Shown here in pieces: positions 18,230 through 27,872 of a stretch of 64,000 nt of DNA. Under the pieces are notes generated by a model. That model ran no database searches, had not been told where the DNA came from, and saw nothing but the letters and a program-made list of their open reading frames with translations. The position numbers and the translations under genes were made by a program. The DNA is from Candidatus Marinacidobacterales bacterium (GTDB lineage: Bacteria > Acidobacteriota > Vicinamibacteria > Marinacidobacterales > DATDRI01), in assembly GCA_965226495.1 (NCBI GenBank), contig OZ245365.1:160001-224000 (forward strand), in the 5' to 3' direction. Each line of letters opens with the position of its first letter. The first letter of the stretch is position 1.

Positions 18230-18351
18230 CCCTCACCCTACCCTCTCCCAACCCTCACCCAGGCCCTCTCCCAGAGGGAGAGGGATTCCCAGAGGGAGAG
18301 GGATTAACGGAAGACGAGACCACCGCAAAGGGAGAGGGAGAGAAGGAAGCC
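18230..18351. repeat. Nested REP-like elements (CCCTCTCCC/GGGAGAGGG family)
   Basis: Two left arms followed by tandem CCCAGAGGGAGAGGGATT right arms, between convergent genes. Confidence 0.75.
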
Positions 18352-18366
18352 ACGATCATGTTGTTC

Positions 18367-19644
18367 TTACGGGGAAATCAATGACGGGAGCCATAGGCTC
18401 AACGGCGGAAAGAACGTCACCAGCAGCAGCACCGCGAGCATCGCTAGGATGAAGTAGATGTTCACGCGCATGACCTCACCCATCGGCACTTTTGCAATCG
18501 AGCAAGTGGTAATGAGCACCGAAGCCACCGGTGGTGTTTGCTGGCCGATGGCTAGGCTGACGGTGACCATGAGCCCGAAGTGGATGGGATCGATTCCCAG
18601 CTCGGTGGTTAGCGGCAAGAGGATAGGGACGAGAAGAATAATCGCGGCGGCGCTGTGGAGCATCGTTCCGGCCACCAGCCACAGGCCGTCGATAATGAGG
18701 AGAGCACCGATTTTCCCGTCGATGTGAGCCAGCATGAATGAGGTCAACCGCTCGGGCACTTGCTGGTTGGCCAGGTACCAGCCGAGAACCGCCGAACCCG
18801 CGACCAAGATCATGACCACCGCGGTCTGCGCGGCGGCGTCCACGAGAATGGGTCTCAGATCTTTTCTTTCGAGGGAACGATAAACGAAGAATCCCAACAC
18901 CAAGGCTAGAATGACTGCGACTGCGGCCGCCTCGGTCGCAGTGAAGACGCCCGCGAAGATCCCTCCTAAGATCACGAGAGGCAGGGCGAGCGCCAGAAAC
19001 GCGCGACGGAAACCCACTGCGACACGCTTCCAGGCAAAGGGTTCCGATTCGGCAAAACCCCCGCGACGCGCGAGCCAGTAGCTCGTCAACATGATCGCCA
19101 CGCCACACAAAACACCTGGTAGGACGCCGGCCATGAACAGTTTCACGATCGACGAACCCGTGATTGCACCGTAAAGAATCATCGGAATCGAAGGTGGAAT
19201 GATGATGGCGATGGTGGCCGATGACGAAAGCACCGCTGCAGCGAAACGCGCGGGATAGCCTCTTTCCTTCATCGCGGGAATGAGCACGCTTCCCAAGGCC
19301 GCGGCATCCGCCACCGCGGAGCCCGAGATCTCGGAGAAGAACATACTGGAGACCGTGGTGGTCATGGCCAGTCCGCCTCTTATGAATCCAACCAGGCTAT
19401 TCGCAAGCTCCACCAATCGATGGGAGATTCCGGCCCGATTCATCAGAGAGCCGGCCAGGATGAAAAGGGGCACCGCTACCATAGGAAAGCTGTCGGTGCC
19501 GTTGAAGAGGCGGAGTGGCACCACGACGAGTGGTGTGTTCGTCGTAAGTGCAATCAAGACGATGCTCGCCGCGATCAGCACGTAGCCGATGGGGAGGCCA
19601 ACCAAGGCCAAGAGCGCGACGAGAACGAGGAGTAAGAGCTCCAT
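18367..19644 (-). CDS. dctM: TRAP transporter large permease
   Basis: ISGSAVADAAALG, IIIPPSIPMILYG, TATEAAA, TPP. Confidence 0.9.
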   Translation of the reverse strand: MELLLLVLVALLALVGLPIGYVLIAASIVLIALTTNTPLVVVPLRLFNGTDSFPMVAVPLFILAGSLMNRAGISHRLVELANSLVGFIRGGLAMTTTVSSMFFSEISGSAVADAAALGSVLIPAMKERGYPARFAAAVLSSSATIAIIIPPSIPMILYGAITGSSIVKLFMAGVLPGVLCGVAIMLTSYWLARRGGFAESEPFAWKRVAVGFRRAFLALALPLVILGGIFAGVFTATEAAAVAVILALVLGFFVYRSLERKDLRPILVDAAAQTAVVMILVAGSAVLGWYLANQQVPERLTSFMLAHIDGKIGALLIIDGLWLVAGTMLHSAAAIILLVPILLPLTTELGIDPIHFGLMVTVSLAIGQQTPPVASVLITTCSIAKVPMGEVMRVNIYFILAMLAVLLLVTFFPPLSLWLPSLISP

Positions 19645-20132
19645 CAGCTGTCGGGCTCGTTTTGGAGGGTGCGTCCCAACTGAATGGCTTCGATCCCCAG
19701 CATCAGAAGGGCGGAGAACGGAATAACGGCATAGATGATGCCCATCGGAACTGGCAGAGTAATGGCATGGTCAGAAAGGAAACGGAAGGCAAGGAGAGCA
19801 CCATACACGAGGAGAAGTAGATGCAAAGCAATCATGAGCCCGTGGGTTAATAGAGCGGCGAACCGTTTGCCGCGACGGCCGAGCCGCTCGGCAAAGTCAC
19901 CCAACCCGATGTGCTTGCCGTCTTGACGGGCGGCCACGGCGCCCAGGAATGTGAGCCAGACCAGCAAGTAACCGGTGAACTCATCGTACCAACCAAAGCT
20001 CTTACCTAAGCCGTAGCGAAGAACGACCTCGATGAAGCAAATGATCGCCATCGACGAAAGAATGACCAACGACGTGGTCTCGAGAAGGTGGCGGATGCCG
20101 CGATCGAGCCGCTCGGCAAAACGGGGGGGCAT
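19644..20132 (-). CDS. dctQ: TRAP transporter small permease
   Basis: Four TM segments, EVVLRY..WYDE..VWLTFLGA..HI; operon position. Confidence 0.85.
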   Translation of the reverse strand: MPPRFAERLDRGIRHLLETTSLVILSSMAIICFIEVVLRYGLGKSFGWYDEFTGYLLVWLTFLGAVAARQDGKHIGLGDFAERLGRRGKRFAALLTHGLMIALHLLLLVYGALLAFRFLSDHAITLPVPMGIIYAVIPFSALLMLGIEAIQLGRTLQNEPDS

Positions 20133-20146
20133 AGGATCTCGAAATT

Positions 20147-21145
20147 CTAGGGCGCGGAGTAATAGCTTCGGGCAGCCTCGACCAGGCTGTCGCCAAATCG
20201 TTCGGTGTAATGTTCGTAGACCGGAAGGCCGGCCGCCTCGAAGGCGGCCCGGTCGATGGTGTCGATCTTCAAACGCTCCTCGAGAAAGGCCAGGTGCCGC
20301 TCGTCTTCTGTTTCTCCCAGTCGACGGTGATATCGGCCCACTTCAACGGCAACTTCTTGGAGGGCGGTTCGCACGCCGTCCGGCAGCGATTCGAAGTAAG
20401 CCTGACTCATGATCGGGTAAGCCGGCGAGTACACGTGACGGGAGATGGAGAGGAATTTCTGTACTTCGTAGAATCTCGAGGGCACGATTTGGGATAGTGG
20501 GTTTTCCTGGCCATCGATGACCCCTTGTTTCAGCGCGGAGAAAACTTCTCCGAAGCTCATCGAGGTGGGGTTTGCGCCAAAAGCGCTAAAGAGCCGCACG
20601 CGTTCGGGGTCCTTGGGAGTCCGCAGCTTGATCCCCGAGAGATCCTGAGGCTTCACGATGGGTCGAACGTTGTTGGTGATCATGCGGAACCCGTTTTCCC
20701 AGAACCCAAGCAGCACGATGCCGTGTTCCAGAAGTTTCGCGGTTAGCTCTTGACCGACCGGTCCTTCCGCGATCTGTTCCATCTGGGCACGGTCTTCGAT
20801 GAGAAAAGGCAGATCGAAAAGCCCAAACATCGGCTCCACCGCGTGAAGGACCGACGAAGGCACGTGCATCTCGAGTGTACCCAGGCGCAGACCCTCCAGC
20901 ATCTCCTTGTCCTTACCGAGCTGGGCAGAGCCGTAGATTCGAACTTCCACCTTGCCAGGAAGCCGCTCTTCGAGAAGCTCCTTGAACTTGCGACAACCGT
21001 GGTCGAAGGGTGACTCGGGAAAGCCGATATGCCCGAGCCGGATGACGATCTGATCGTCATCCGAGCGTTGGCCGCATCCCCAAGTCAGAGCGACCAGAGT
21101 AGCCAGAGCGATTACCGAGAGGCAGGCTCCGAGCGTCGACTTCAT
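20147..21145 (-). CDS. dctP: TRAP transporter substrate-binding lipoprotein
   Basis: Lipobox WGCG, ENGFRMIT, GIKLRT, DGQENP. Confidence 0.9.
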   Translation of the reverse strand: MKSTLGACLSVIALATLVALTWGCGQRSDDDQIVIRLGHIGFPESPFDHGCRKFKELLEERLPGKVEVRIYGSAQLGKDKEMLEGLRLGTLEMHVPSSVLHAVEPMFGLFDLPFLIEDRAQMEQIAEGPVGQELTAKLLEHGIVLLGFWENGFRMITNNVRPIVKPQDLSGIKLRTPKDPERVRLFSAFGANPTSMSFGEVFSALKQGVIDGQENPLSQIVPSRFYEVQKFLSISRHVYSPAYPIMSQAYFESLPDGVRTALQEVAVEVGRYHRRLGETEDERHLAFLEERLKIDTIDRAAFEAAGLPVYEHYTERFGDSLVEAARSYYSAP

Positions 21146-21222
21146 ATCGGCCCGACACTAGCACAAAAGAGGAGGGTGGTCAGCTTGAACAGGCGTTCCG
21201 GCACGTGCGAGAATGCCACCCT

Positions 21223-24066
21223 ATGTCCGATCTGGCCCGGCAACTCGACGGTCGTATCGAGGGGGATGTTCGCTTCGATCGATACACTCGACTGCTCTAT
21301 TCCACTGATGCCAGCATTTATCAGGTTGAGCCGCTCGGCGTCGTGATACCCAAACATCGGGACGATATCGAACAGACGGTCCGGCTCGCCGCTCAAGCGG
21401 GGGTCCCGATTCTTCCTCGGGGAGGAGGCACGTCGCTCGCCGGGCAGGCAGTAGGTGAGGCGGTCATTCTCGATCTCTCCAAGTACATGAACCGCGTTCT
21501 GGAACTTTCCATGGCGGAACGCTCGGTCACGGTTCAGCCCGGCATTGTGCAGGATGGGTTGGGGGCCTATCTCAAGCTCCACGGAGTTCGCTTCGGGCCG
21601 GAGACCGCCACCAGCAACCGAGCCAACTTGGGGGGGATGATTGGCAACAATTCCGCGGGAGCACGCTCCCTCATTTATGGTAAGACGGTCGACAATGTCC
21701 TCGAGGTGAGAGCTATTCTCGCCGATGGCTCGGAGGCCGTATTCGGTCCCGTTTGGAGACAGAATCTCGAATCGAAAACAAAAGGGGATAGTTTGGAGGC
21801 GCAGATCTATCGCGCCGCAGTTTCGTTGGGAAAGGAGTATCGCAGCGAGATCGAGCAACACTATCCACGCATACCGCGTCGGGTGAGCGGCTATAACTTG
21901 GACGAGCTTCTCGATCCGGACGAGCTTAATCTGGCCAAGTTGATCGTGGGCTCGGAAGGTACGCTGGCCACCGTCATCGAGGCGAAGCTCGACGTCGTGC
22001 CCCTTCCCGCCGCCACCGGTCTCGCTGTTTTACACTTCGACAGCCTCTTGCCGGCGCTCGAAACGGCGATCGAGGCGCTGGAGCTCGAACCCTCGGCGGT
22101 GGAGCTCGTAGACCATATGGTGTTGCAGCTTGCGAGGGAATCCCTCGAGTACTCTCGCCGGCTACGTTTCGTGGAAGGGGATCCCCAGGCTCTCATCATC
22201 GTGGAGTTCTACGGCGAATCGAAGAGCGAGGTCGTTTCCAAGCTTGGCGAGCTGGAGTCGCGCCTTGGCAAGCAAGCGCAGGCCGTGGTGCGGGTCCTGG
22301 ACGTGGCGGAGCAGGCTAATGTTTGGAAGGTTAGGAAGGCCGCCCTTCCGCTTTTGTTGGGGCTCCCCGGCGATCACAAACCGATCGCCTTCGTGGAGGA
22401 CACGGCCGTCGCCCCGGAACAGCTTTCCGCCTACATTCGTCGCTTCAATGAGATCCTCGACGACAGCCAAACCGTGGGCTCCTTTTATGCGCACGCTGGT
22501 GCGGGTTGTCTCCACATACGTCCTCTCATCAACCTCAAGGATGGTTTCGAAGTTCAAAAGATGCGCCGTCTCGCAGAAGAGGTCAGCGACCTGGTTCTCG
22601 AGTTCGGCGGCGCCATGAGCGGTGAGCATGGCGACGGCTTGGCGCGCAGCCAGTTCAACAAGAAGATGTTCGGTCCCAAGCTCTATGAAGCCTTCCAGAA
22701 GCTCAAGGCGGCGTTCGATCCCCAGGGCATTATGAACCCGGGAAAAGTCGTCGAAGCTCCGTCGATGACAGAGAACCTTCGCTACGGGTCGTCTTATCAG
22801 ACGATGGACCTTTCCACGTACTTTCCCTACCGAAAGGAAGGGGGTTTCGCGCGAGCGGTGGAGCTTTGTAACGGTGCCGGAGTCTGCCGGAAGAAGCTCG
22901 ACGGAACGATGTGTCCTTCTTACATGGTGACTCAAGAGGAAGAGCACTCCACGCGTGGTCGCGCCAACGCTCTGCGGGCGGTCCTGGACGGAAGGTTGGG
23001 CCCGGAGGAGCTCACCGGCGACCGGCTCTACGAGGTCATGGATCTTTGTATCTCTTGTAAAGGGTGCAAAGCCGAGTGTCCCTCCAATGTGGACATGGCC
23101 CGGCTGAAGTCGGATTATCTCGCCATTTACTACGAGGCGCATCCTCACCCGCTCCGCGACCGTATGTTTAGCTCCGCCGAAGTGGCAGGGAGGCTCGGCG
23201 TTGCGGCGGCACCCTTATCCAATTGGGTCACCCGAAACTCGTGGTTCCGCTGGGCGCTCGAACGCTGGGGCGGCATCCATCGCCGCCGAACGATTCCACC
23301 TTACGCACGGCAGACCTTTTCCGACTGGTTCGTGAATCGTGAACCGTCCACTGGTCGCCGCCGCTGGCGAGTCGTTTTGTTCCACGACACCTTCATGAAC
23401 TACAACGATCCGCAGATCGGAGTCGCGGCCACTCGGTTGCTCGAGGCGGCGGGTTTCGACGTGCTTTTGGTCCCCAAGCGTTGCTGCGGCCGCCCCGCTA
23501 TCTCGAAGGGCATGTTGGCCGAGGCTCGTTCCCTAGCGCGAGCCAATGTGGAGATCCTGTATCCTTATGTGCAGCAGGGCTGCGCCATCGTGGGTTGTGA
23601 GCCCTCCTGTCTCCTCAGTCTTCGCGACGAATATCCGGATTTGGTCCCCGGGCCGGAGTCAGAAGCGATCGCGAAGAGAAGCTTCTTAATCGAGGAATTC
23701 TTGCCGGAATTGAAGATCAACTTCCCCGCGCCACCACCCCATGTTTTGGTTCACGGTCATTGCCACCAGAAGGCACTCTCCGGTACCGACCCATTGATGA
23801 GGTTTTTGGAGCAGACGGGCTCCCGCGTCGAGATTGTCGATTCCGGATGCTGTGGGATGGCAGGGTCTTTCGGTTACGAGCGTGAGCATTTCGATATCTC
23901 TCTAGAGATGGCGGCGCGCCGGCTTCTCCCCGCGGTGCGACAGGCATCGACCGAGACGGTCCTGGCGGCGCCGGGAACTTCTTGTCGTCACCAGATCCAG
24001 GATGGAACGGGGCGGCGCGCCTACCATCCCGTCGAAATCGTCGCTCGAGCTGCAGGGTTGCTCTGA
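21223..24066 (+). CDS. FAD-binding / Fe-S fused oxidoreductase (GlcD-GlcF / YdiJ-like)
   Basis: RGGGTSLAGQ, GEHGDG, CNGAGVC, CISCKGCKAECP, CCG motifs. Confidence 0.9.
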   Translation: MSDLARQLDGRIEGDVRFDRYTRLLYSTDASIYQVEPLGVVIPKHRDDIEQTVRLAAQAGVPILPRGGGTSLAGQAVGEAVILDLSKYMNRVLELSMAERSVTVQPGIVQDGLGAYLKLHGVRFGPETATSNRANLGGMIGNNSAGARSLIYGKTVDNVLEVRAILADGSEAVFGPVWRQNLESKTKGDSLEAQIYRAAVSLGKEYRSEIEQHYPRIPRRVSGYNLDELLDPDELNLAKLIVGSEGTLATVIEAKLDVVPLPAATGLAVLHFDSLLPALETAIEALELEPSAVELVDHMVLQLARESLEYSRRLRFVEGDPQALIIVEFYGESKSEVVSKLGELESRLGKQAQAVVRVLDVAEQANVWKVRKAALPLLLGLPGDHKPIAFVEDTAVAPEQLSAYIRRFNEILDDSQTVGSFYAHAGAGCLHIRPLINLKDGFEVQKMRRLAEEVSDLVLEFGGAMSGEHGDGLARSQFNKKMFGPKLYEAFQKLKAAFDPQGIMNPGKVVEAPSMTENLRYGSSYQTMDLSTYFPYRKEGGFARAVELCNGAGVCRKKLDGTMCPSYMVTQEEEHSTRGRANALRAVLDGRLGPEELTGDRLYEVMDLCISCKGCKAECPSNVDMARLKSDYLAIYYEAHPHPLRDRMFSSAEVAGRLGVAAAPLSNWVTRNSWFRWALERWGGIHRRRTIPPYARQTFSDWFVNREPSTGRRRWRVVLFHDTFMNYNDPQIGVAATRLLEAAGFDVLLVPKRCCGRPAISKGMLAEARSLARANVEILYPYVQQGCAIVGCEPSCLLSLRDEYPDLVPGPESEAIAKRSFLIEEFLPELKINFPAPPPHVLVHGHCHQKALSGTDPLMRFLEQTGSRVEIVDSGCCGMAGSFGYEREHFDISLEMAARRLLPAVRQASTETVLAAPGTSCRHQIQDGTGRRAYHPVEIVARAAGLL

Positions 24067-24067
24067 T

Positions 24068-24709
24068 ATGGCACTCGTCGTGGACATCGAGACGGTAGGA
24101 CAGGGAGTCGAAGACATTCCACCCCGGGCGCTCGACATCCTTTTCCGTGGCCTCCGTCACCAGGAGGGGAGCGAGGAGGAGATCGAGTCGCGCAAGAAGG
24201 AAATGACCGACCGGTTCGGGCTCGATCCGACCACCGGCCGCATCGTTTGTATCGGTCTATTGGATGCGGAGAGCGAGACGAAGGAGGCTTACTACGGGAC
24301 CGACGAGGGCGTGATCCTGACTTCTTTCTGGGAGTATCTCGATCGAACCCGGCCCGAGCTCTTCGTCACTTTCAACGGCAAGAGTTTCGACTTTCCTTAC
24401 ATAAATATCCGGAGCGCCATCCTGGAGATCTCGCCTAGTATTCCGCTGCCGATCCGTCGTTTCAAGACAAGCTCTCACTTCGATATTCGCGAGGTCTTGG
24501 CCGGTAACGAGCGCCATCGGCGAGGAAGCCTCGACTACTTCTGTGCTGTGTTTGGCATTCCTTCTCCGAAGACCGAGCTAGATGGATCTCAGGTGGGTCA
24601 GGCTTTTGAGGAGGGAAGACACGACGAGATCGGCCGCTACTGCCTCGCGGATTGCCTGGCCACCACCCGCCTCTATCAAAAACTGAAAGCTTTTTATCCG
24701 CCGGAGTAA
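24068..24709 (+). CDS. DEDD 3'-5' exonuclease (PolB-exo / RNase H-like)
   Basis: VDIET, TFNGKSFDFPYI, YCLAD. Confidence 0.82.
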   Translation: MALVVDIETVGQGVEDIPPRALDILFRGLRHQEGSEEEIESRKKEMTDRFGLDPTTGRIVCIGLLDAESETKEAYYGTDEGVILTSFWEYLDRTRPELFVTFNGKSFDFPYINIRSAILEISPSIPLPIRRFKTSSHFDIREVLAGNERHRRGSLDYFCAVFGIPSPKTELDGSQVGQAFEEGRHDEIGRYCLADCLATTRLYQKLKAFYPPE

Positions 24710-24760
24710 CTGATTTGCCCAGAGAAGGATCTCGTCCGGACGGGGTTCGCGAAACCAGTC

Positions 24761-26848
24761 TCATTCGTTTTTGATGTAGTTCTTCTGAAACAGCTTGATT
24801 GCGGGCAGCAGGTCCTGCTTGTCGGTCAGCGTTCCCTGAAACAGATCCCCGAGCCGGGCGAGCCGCGGCAGCACATTCTCGATCGTGAACATCGAGGGGT
24901 GCAGCTCGGAGTCGAGCTCGTCCCAATCGAGCGGCGTCGAGACAGATGCTCCGGGCACTGGCCGAGCTACATAAGGCGGTACCACCGTCTGTCCGCGGCG
25001 GTTCTGTAGAAAGTCGATATACACCTTGCCGCCCCGTCGATTCACGACTCTCTCTACGGTGGCGATGTCTTTTTGGTCGTTGGCTACGAGGCGCGCGATG
25101 CCTTCGCAGAACTGGACCGCATGGTCGTAGCTGTAACCGGGCAGGAGGGGCACGTAGACATGGAGGCCGGTCGCCCCAGAAGTCTTCAGATAAGGCCTCA
25201 ATCCAATACCCCGCAGCACTTTCCCGATCGCGCGCGCGACGCGGACCACGTGGGGGAAGGGCGAGCCGTCTGGATCGAGGTCGAGAATGGCCCAATCGGG
25301 GGAATCCAGGCTGCCTCGCCGCGAGAGCCAAGGATGGAGATCGATGCTTCCCAAGTTGGCCATGTAAAGAAGCGTGTCCCGGTTATTGCAAATAATGAAG
25401 CGGATGGGCTTGGTCTTGCTCTCGAAATCGATGTGCTCGAGGGTGATCCAATCGGCGATGTGCTCGGGGGCATCTTTCTGATAGAAGGCTTTGCCTTCGA
25501 TGCCGTCCGGGTAGCGGAGCATGTGAACCGGGCGTTCGTGAAGGTAGGGCACGATGAGATCGGCGACCTTGTCGTAATAGTTGATGAGATCGCCCTTGGT
25601 GAACCCTTCCTTGGGCCAGTAGACCTTCTCCAAGTTGCTGAACTTGATTTTGTTTCGCGTCTTTTGGGGCGTAGCCTGCTTGAGCGCTTCGAGGAGATCC
25701 CTCTCCTTTGCATCGTCGGCGGGACGGGCGGGGATCTCACGCCAAGAGGCCGATAGGCCGGAGGCGTAGTTTCCGGACGCCTCCTTGGCCACCACCGCGG
25801 GGAGGCCGGCAGTCGACGTCACCTCGACGAGATCTTCACCTCGACCCTGGACGTGGTCGACGTACAAAACGTCAGAGAGCGGAGGCAGCACCGCGGCGAG
25901 GATTTTCTTTCTTTCCACAAGAGGTAGTTCCTGGACATTCCAATCATCGTAATGGAGCAGATCGAAGGCGTAGAAAGAGACGGCGCTGTTTCCACCATCC
26001 CTAAGCTGTCGTTCCAATATCCCCTTGGAAGGGCGGCGGGCTTCATCGAGGGAGACTAGGACCCCATCAAGGGAAGCGTTTTCCGCTCGGAGCTGGGTGG
26101 CCTGTTCCACGAGCGCAGGGAGCTTCCTGGCTAGATCGCTTCCATCGGGAGTGAGTATCTGAACCGTATCCCCATGCTTCATGAACATCGCGCGCTGGCC
26201 CCGGAATTTCATTTCGAAGAGCCAACCAGGGTCGGAGAACGGTTGGGAAGGTTCGCCGATCTCCATGGGTGGAACGTACTGCGGAGCGGGAGCTTCCGCG
26301 GCACGAGTCAGGTCAAAGAACGGGGCGGGGTCGTCTTCCGTTCTTGCATAGCGGTCCTTGGCCTTGAAGATGAGCCATTCATCTTTGCCCGACTTGGTTC
26401 GGACGAGATGCCACTCTCCGCGGAGTTTTTTCCCGAAAAGGGTCAACTCCAGCTTGCCATCTTGGGCACCTTGGCTTCCATCTTTGTCCTTCGGGATTTG
26501 GTAGCGGCCGCGATCCCAGATCGTCATCGTTCCCGCGCCGTAGGCGTCCTTTGGGATGACTCCGCTGAAGTGCTCGTACTCGAGCGGATGATCTTCGGTC
26601 CGGACGGCTAGTCGCTTGACCGAAGGTTCGTAGGAGAAGCCGCGTGGCACCGCCCAGGACTTGAGCACGCCGTCCATCTCGAGTCGGAGGTCGTAATGGA
26701 GTCTTCGCGCTTCGTGTCGGTGGACTACGAAGGCGGGCGCGCCCGGTCTTAACGTGGGTTCGCCGGGAGGCGGCTCGGGCGTTCTCTTGAAATCACGTTT
26801 TTCGCGGTACTCATCGATCGATCTCGACTTCGACTTTCGCTTCGCCAT
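24761..26848 (-). CDS. ligD: LigD-like protein: phosphoesterase + degenerate ligase + primase-polymerase
   Basis: PE: HEARRLHYDLRLE, EDHPLEY; Pol: DLDPD, KTSGATGLH, IDFLQN; ligase motifs degenerate. Confidence 0.85.
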   Translation of the reverse strand: MAKRKSKSRSIDEYREKRDFKRTPEPPPGEPTLRPGAPAFVVHRHEARRLHYDLRLEMDGVLKSWAVPRGFSYEPSVKRLAVRTEDHPLEYEHFSGVIPKDAYGAGTMTIWDRGRYQIPKDKDGSQGAQDGKLELTLFGKKLRGEWHLVRTKSGKDEWLIFKAKDRYARTEDDPAPFFDLTRAAEAPAPQYVPPMEIGEPSQPFSDPGWLFEMKFRGQRAMFMKHGDTVQILTPDGSDLARKLPALVEQATQLRAENASLDGVLVSLDEARRPSKGILERQLRDGGNSAVSFYAFDLLHYDDWNVQELPLVERKKILAAVLPPLSDVLYVDHVQGRGEDLVEVTSTAGLPAVVAKEASGNYASGLSASWREIPARPADDAKERDLLEALKQATPQKTRNKIKFSNLEKVYWPKEGFTKGDLINYYDKVADLIVPYLHERPVHMLRYPDGIEGKAFYQKDAPEHIADWITLEHIDFESKTKPIRFIICNNRDTLLYMANLGSIDLHPWLSRRGSLDSPDWAILDLDPDGSPFPHVVRVARAIGKVLRGIGLRPYLKTSGATGLHVYVPLLPGYSYDHAVQFCEGIARLVANDQKDIATVERVVNRRGGKVYIDFLQNRRGQTVVPPYVARPVPGASVSTPLDWDELDSELHPSMFTIENVLPRLARLGDLFQGTLTDKQDLLPAIKLFQKNYIKNE

Positions 26849-26950
26849 GGTTTCCGACCAAGCCCATTCAGGAATGTCCAACAATCTAACAGGCGAAGGG
26901 CCGCTCGTGCCAGCGGACGCTTTAGGAAAGAAAGAGGAAAGAGGAAGCGA

Positions 26951-27793
26951 CTACTGGTCTTGCTGCGGTTGGTCTTCCTGTTGCTGAGGGGCGTTCGGAT
27001 CGGTCGGTACCGGAATGGGACGCCCGAACTGATCGGTGAACGGGTAATAAGCAGGTGGTGCTGGCCTTTTGGTCGGAGGTGAGCCCGACTCCTCCTGCTG
27101 CGTGCCGCTCCCGGTCTGCGCGCCAAAGGGGGACGATTCGAGCCCCGGCGTGAAAGAGCTGCGAGGGAAGGCCGGAGGTGGCGGTAAGTAGCCCGGGTCA
27201 GCGGCGGGCGCCGGCGCCTCGTTCTGGAAGTCTCCCTCGGCGTCTTCGGCATCCTCCATCTGTTCAAAATCGTTCATGTCGGAGGGGTCATCCAGTTCCT
27301 CGTCCGGCTCGTCGTCGTAATCGTCTTCTGCCTGTGCGGGCGGTGCGGGCCTTCTCCGAGGTGGTCGGGCGCTTCGTCTATTTTGGGGATTCTGGCCGGG
27401 CTGGCTAGAAGCAACTGCACCACCACCTTCTCCGATGAAGATCTTATCGACTCGCTGCCAATCCTCGCGGTCGAACATCATCGCGTAGTTGACACCCGCC
27501 CCAGCTAGTAATCGCTCCAAGGCTTGGTTGACAGGCTGTGCTTCGATGTCGGCGGTAAGGCGCTTCGATTTGACCGGATCTTCGAGAAATAGCTCCAAGC
27601 CGGTCTCCGACTTTATCTGTTCGAAGACCTGCTCCAGCGTGGCGTCGCTACAGCGGATGGTGATGAGACCCCCATGGTAGGAAACCGACGTGGACTGCGA
27701 GTGGGCGTTCGGGGCGGTGAAGGCGAGTATCGCCATGGGCATCATCAACAGGCCCGCCAGCCAGCTTTTCGAGACCGTGTTTCGATTTTCCAC
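26951..27793 (-). CDS. Exported hypothetical protein with STN/secretin-N-like domain and Pro/acidic tail
   Basis: Signal peptide, ITIRCSDATLEQVFEQI..ALERLL; follows the secretion operon. Confidence 0.55.
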   Translation of the reverse strand: MENRNTVSKSWLAGLLMMPMAILAFTAPNAHSQSTSVSYHGGLITIRCSDATLEQVFEQIKSETGLELFLEDPVKSKRLTADIEAQPVNQALERLLAGAGVNYAMMFDREDWQRVDKIFIGEGGGAVASSQPGQNPQNRRSARPPRRRPAPPAQAEDDYDDEPDEELDDPSDMNDFEQMEDAEDAEGDFQNEAPAPAADPGYLPPPPAFPRSSFTPGLESSPFGAQTGSGTQQEESGSPPTKRPAPPAYYPFTDQFGRPIPVPTDPNAPQQQEDQPQQDQ

Positions 27794-27872
27794 CGAGGTT
27801 ATACCTCGTCCTAAGTTAGCATCGTGGCTTCCTCGCTGTCAAAGCGCAAAATGTGCAGGAGCGCCTCGGGAA

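Noticed and set aside
18230-18351. CRISPR array
   Set aside because: Repeats are palindromic REP units without regular unique spacers; no cas genes in the window
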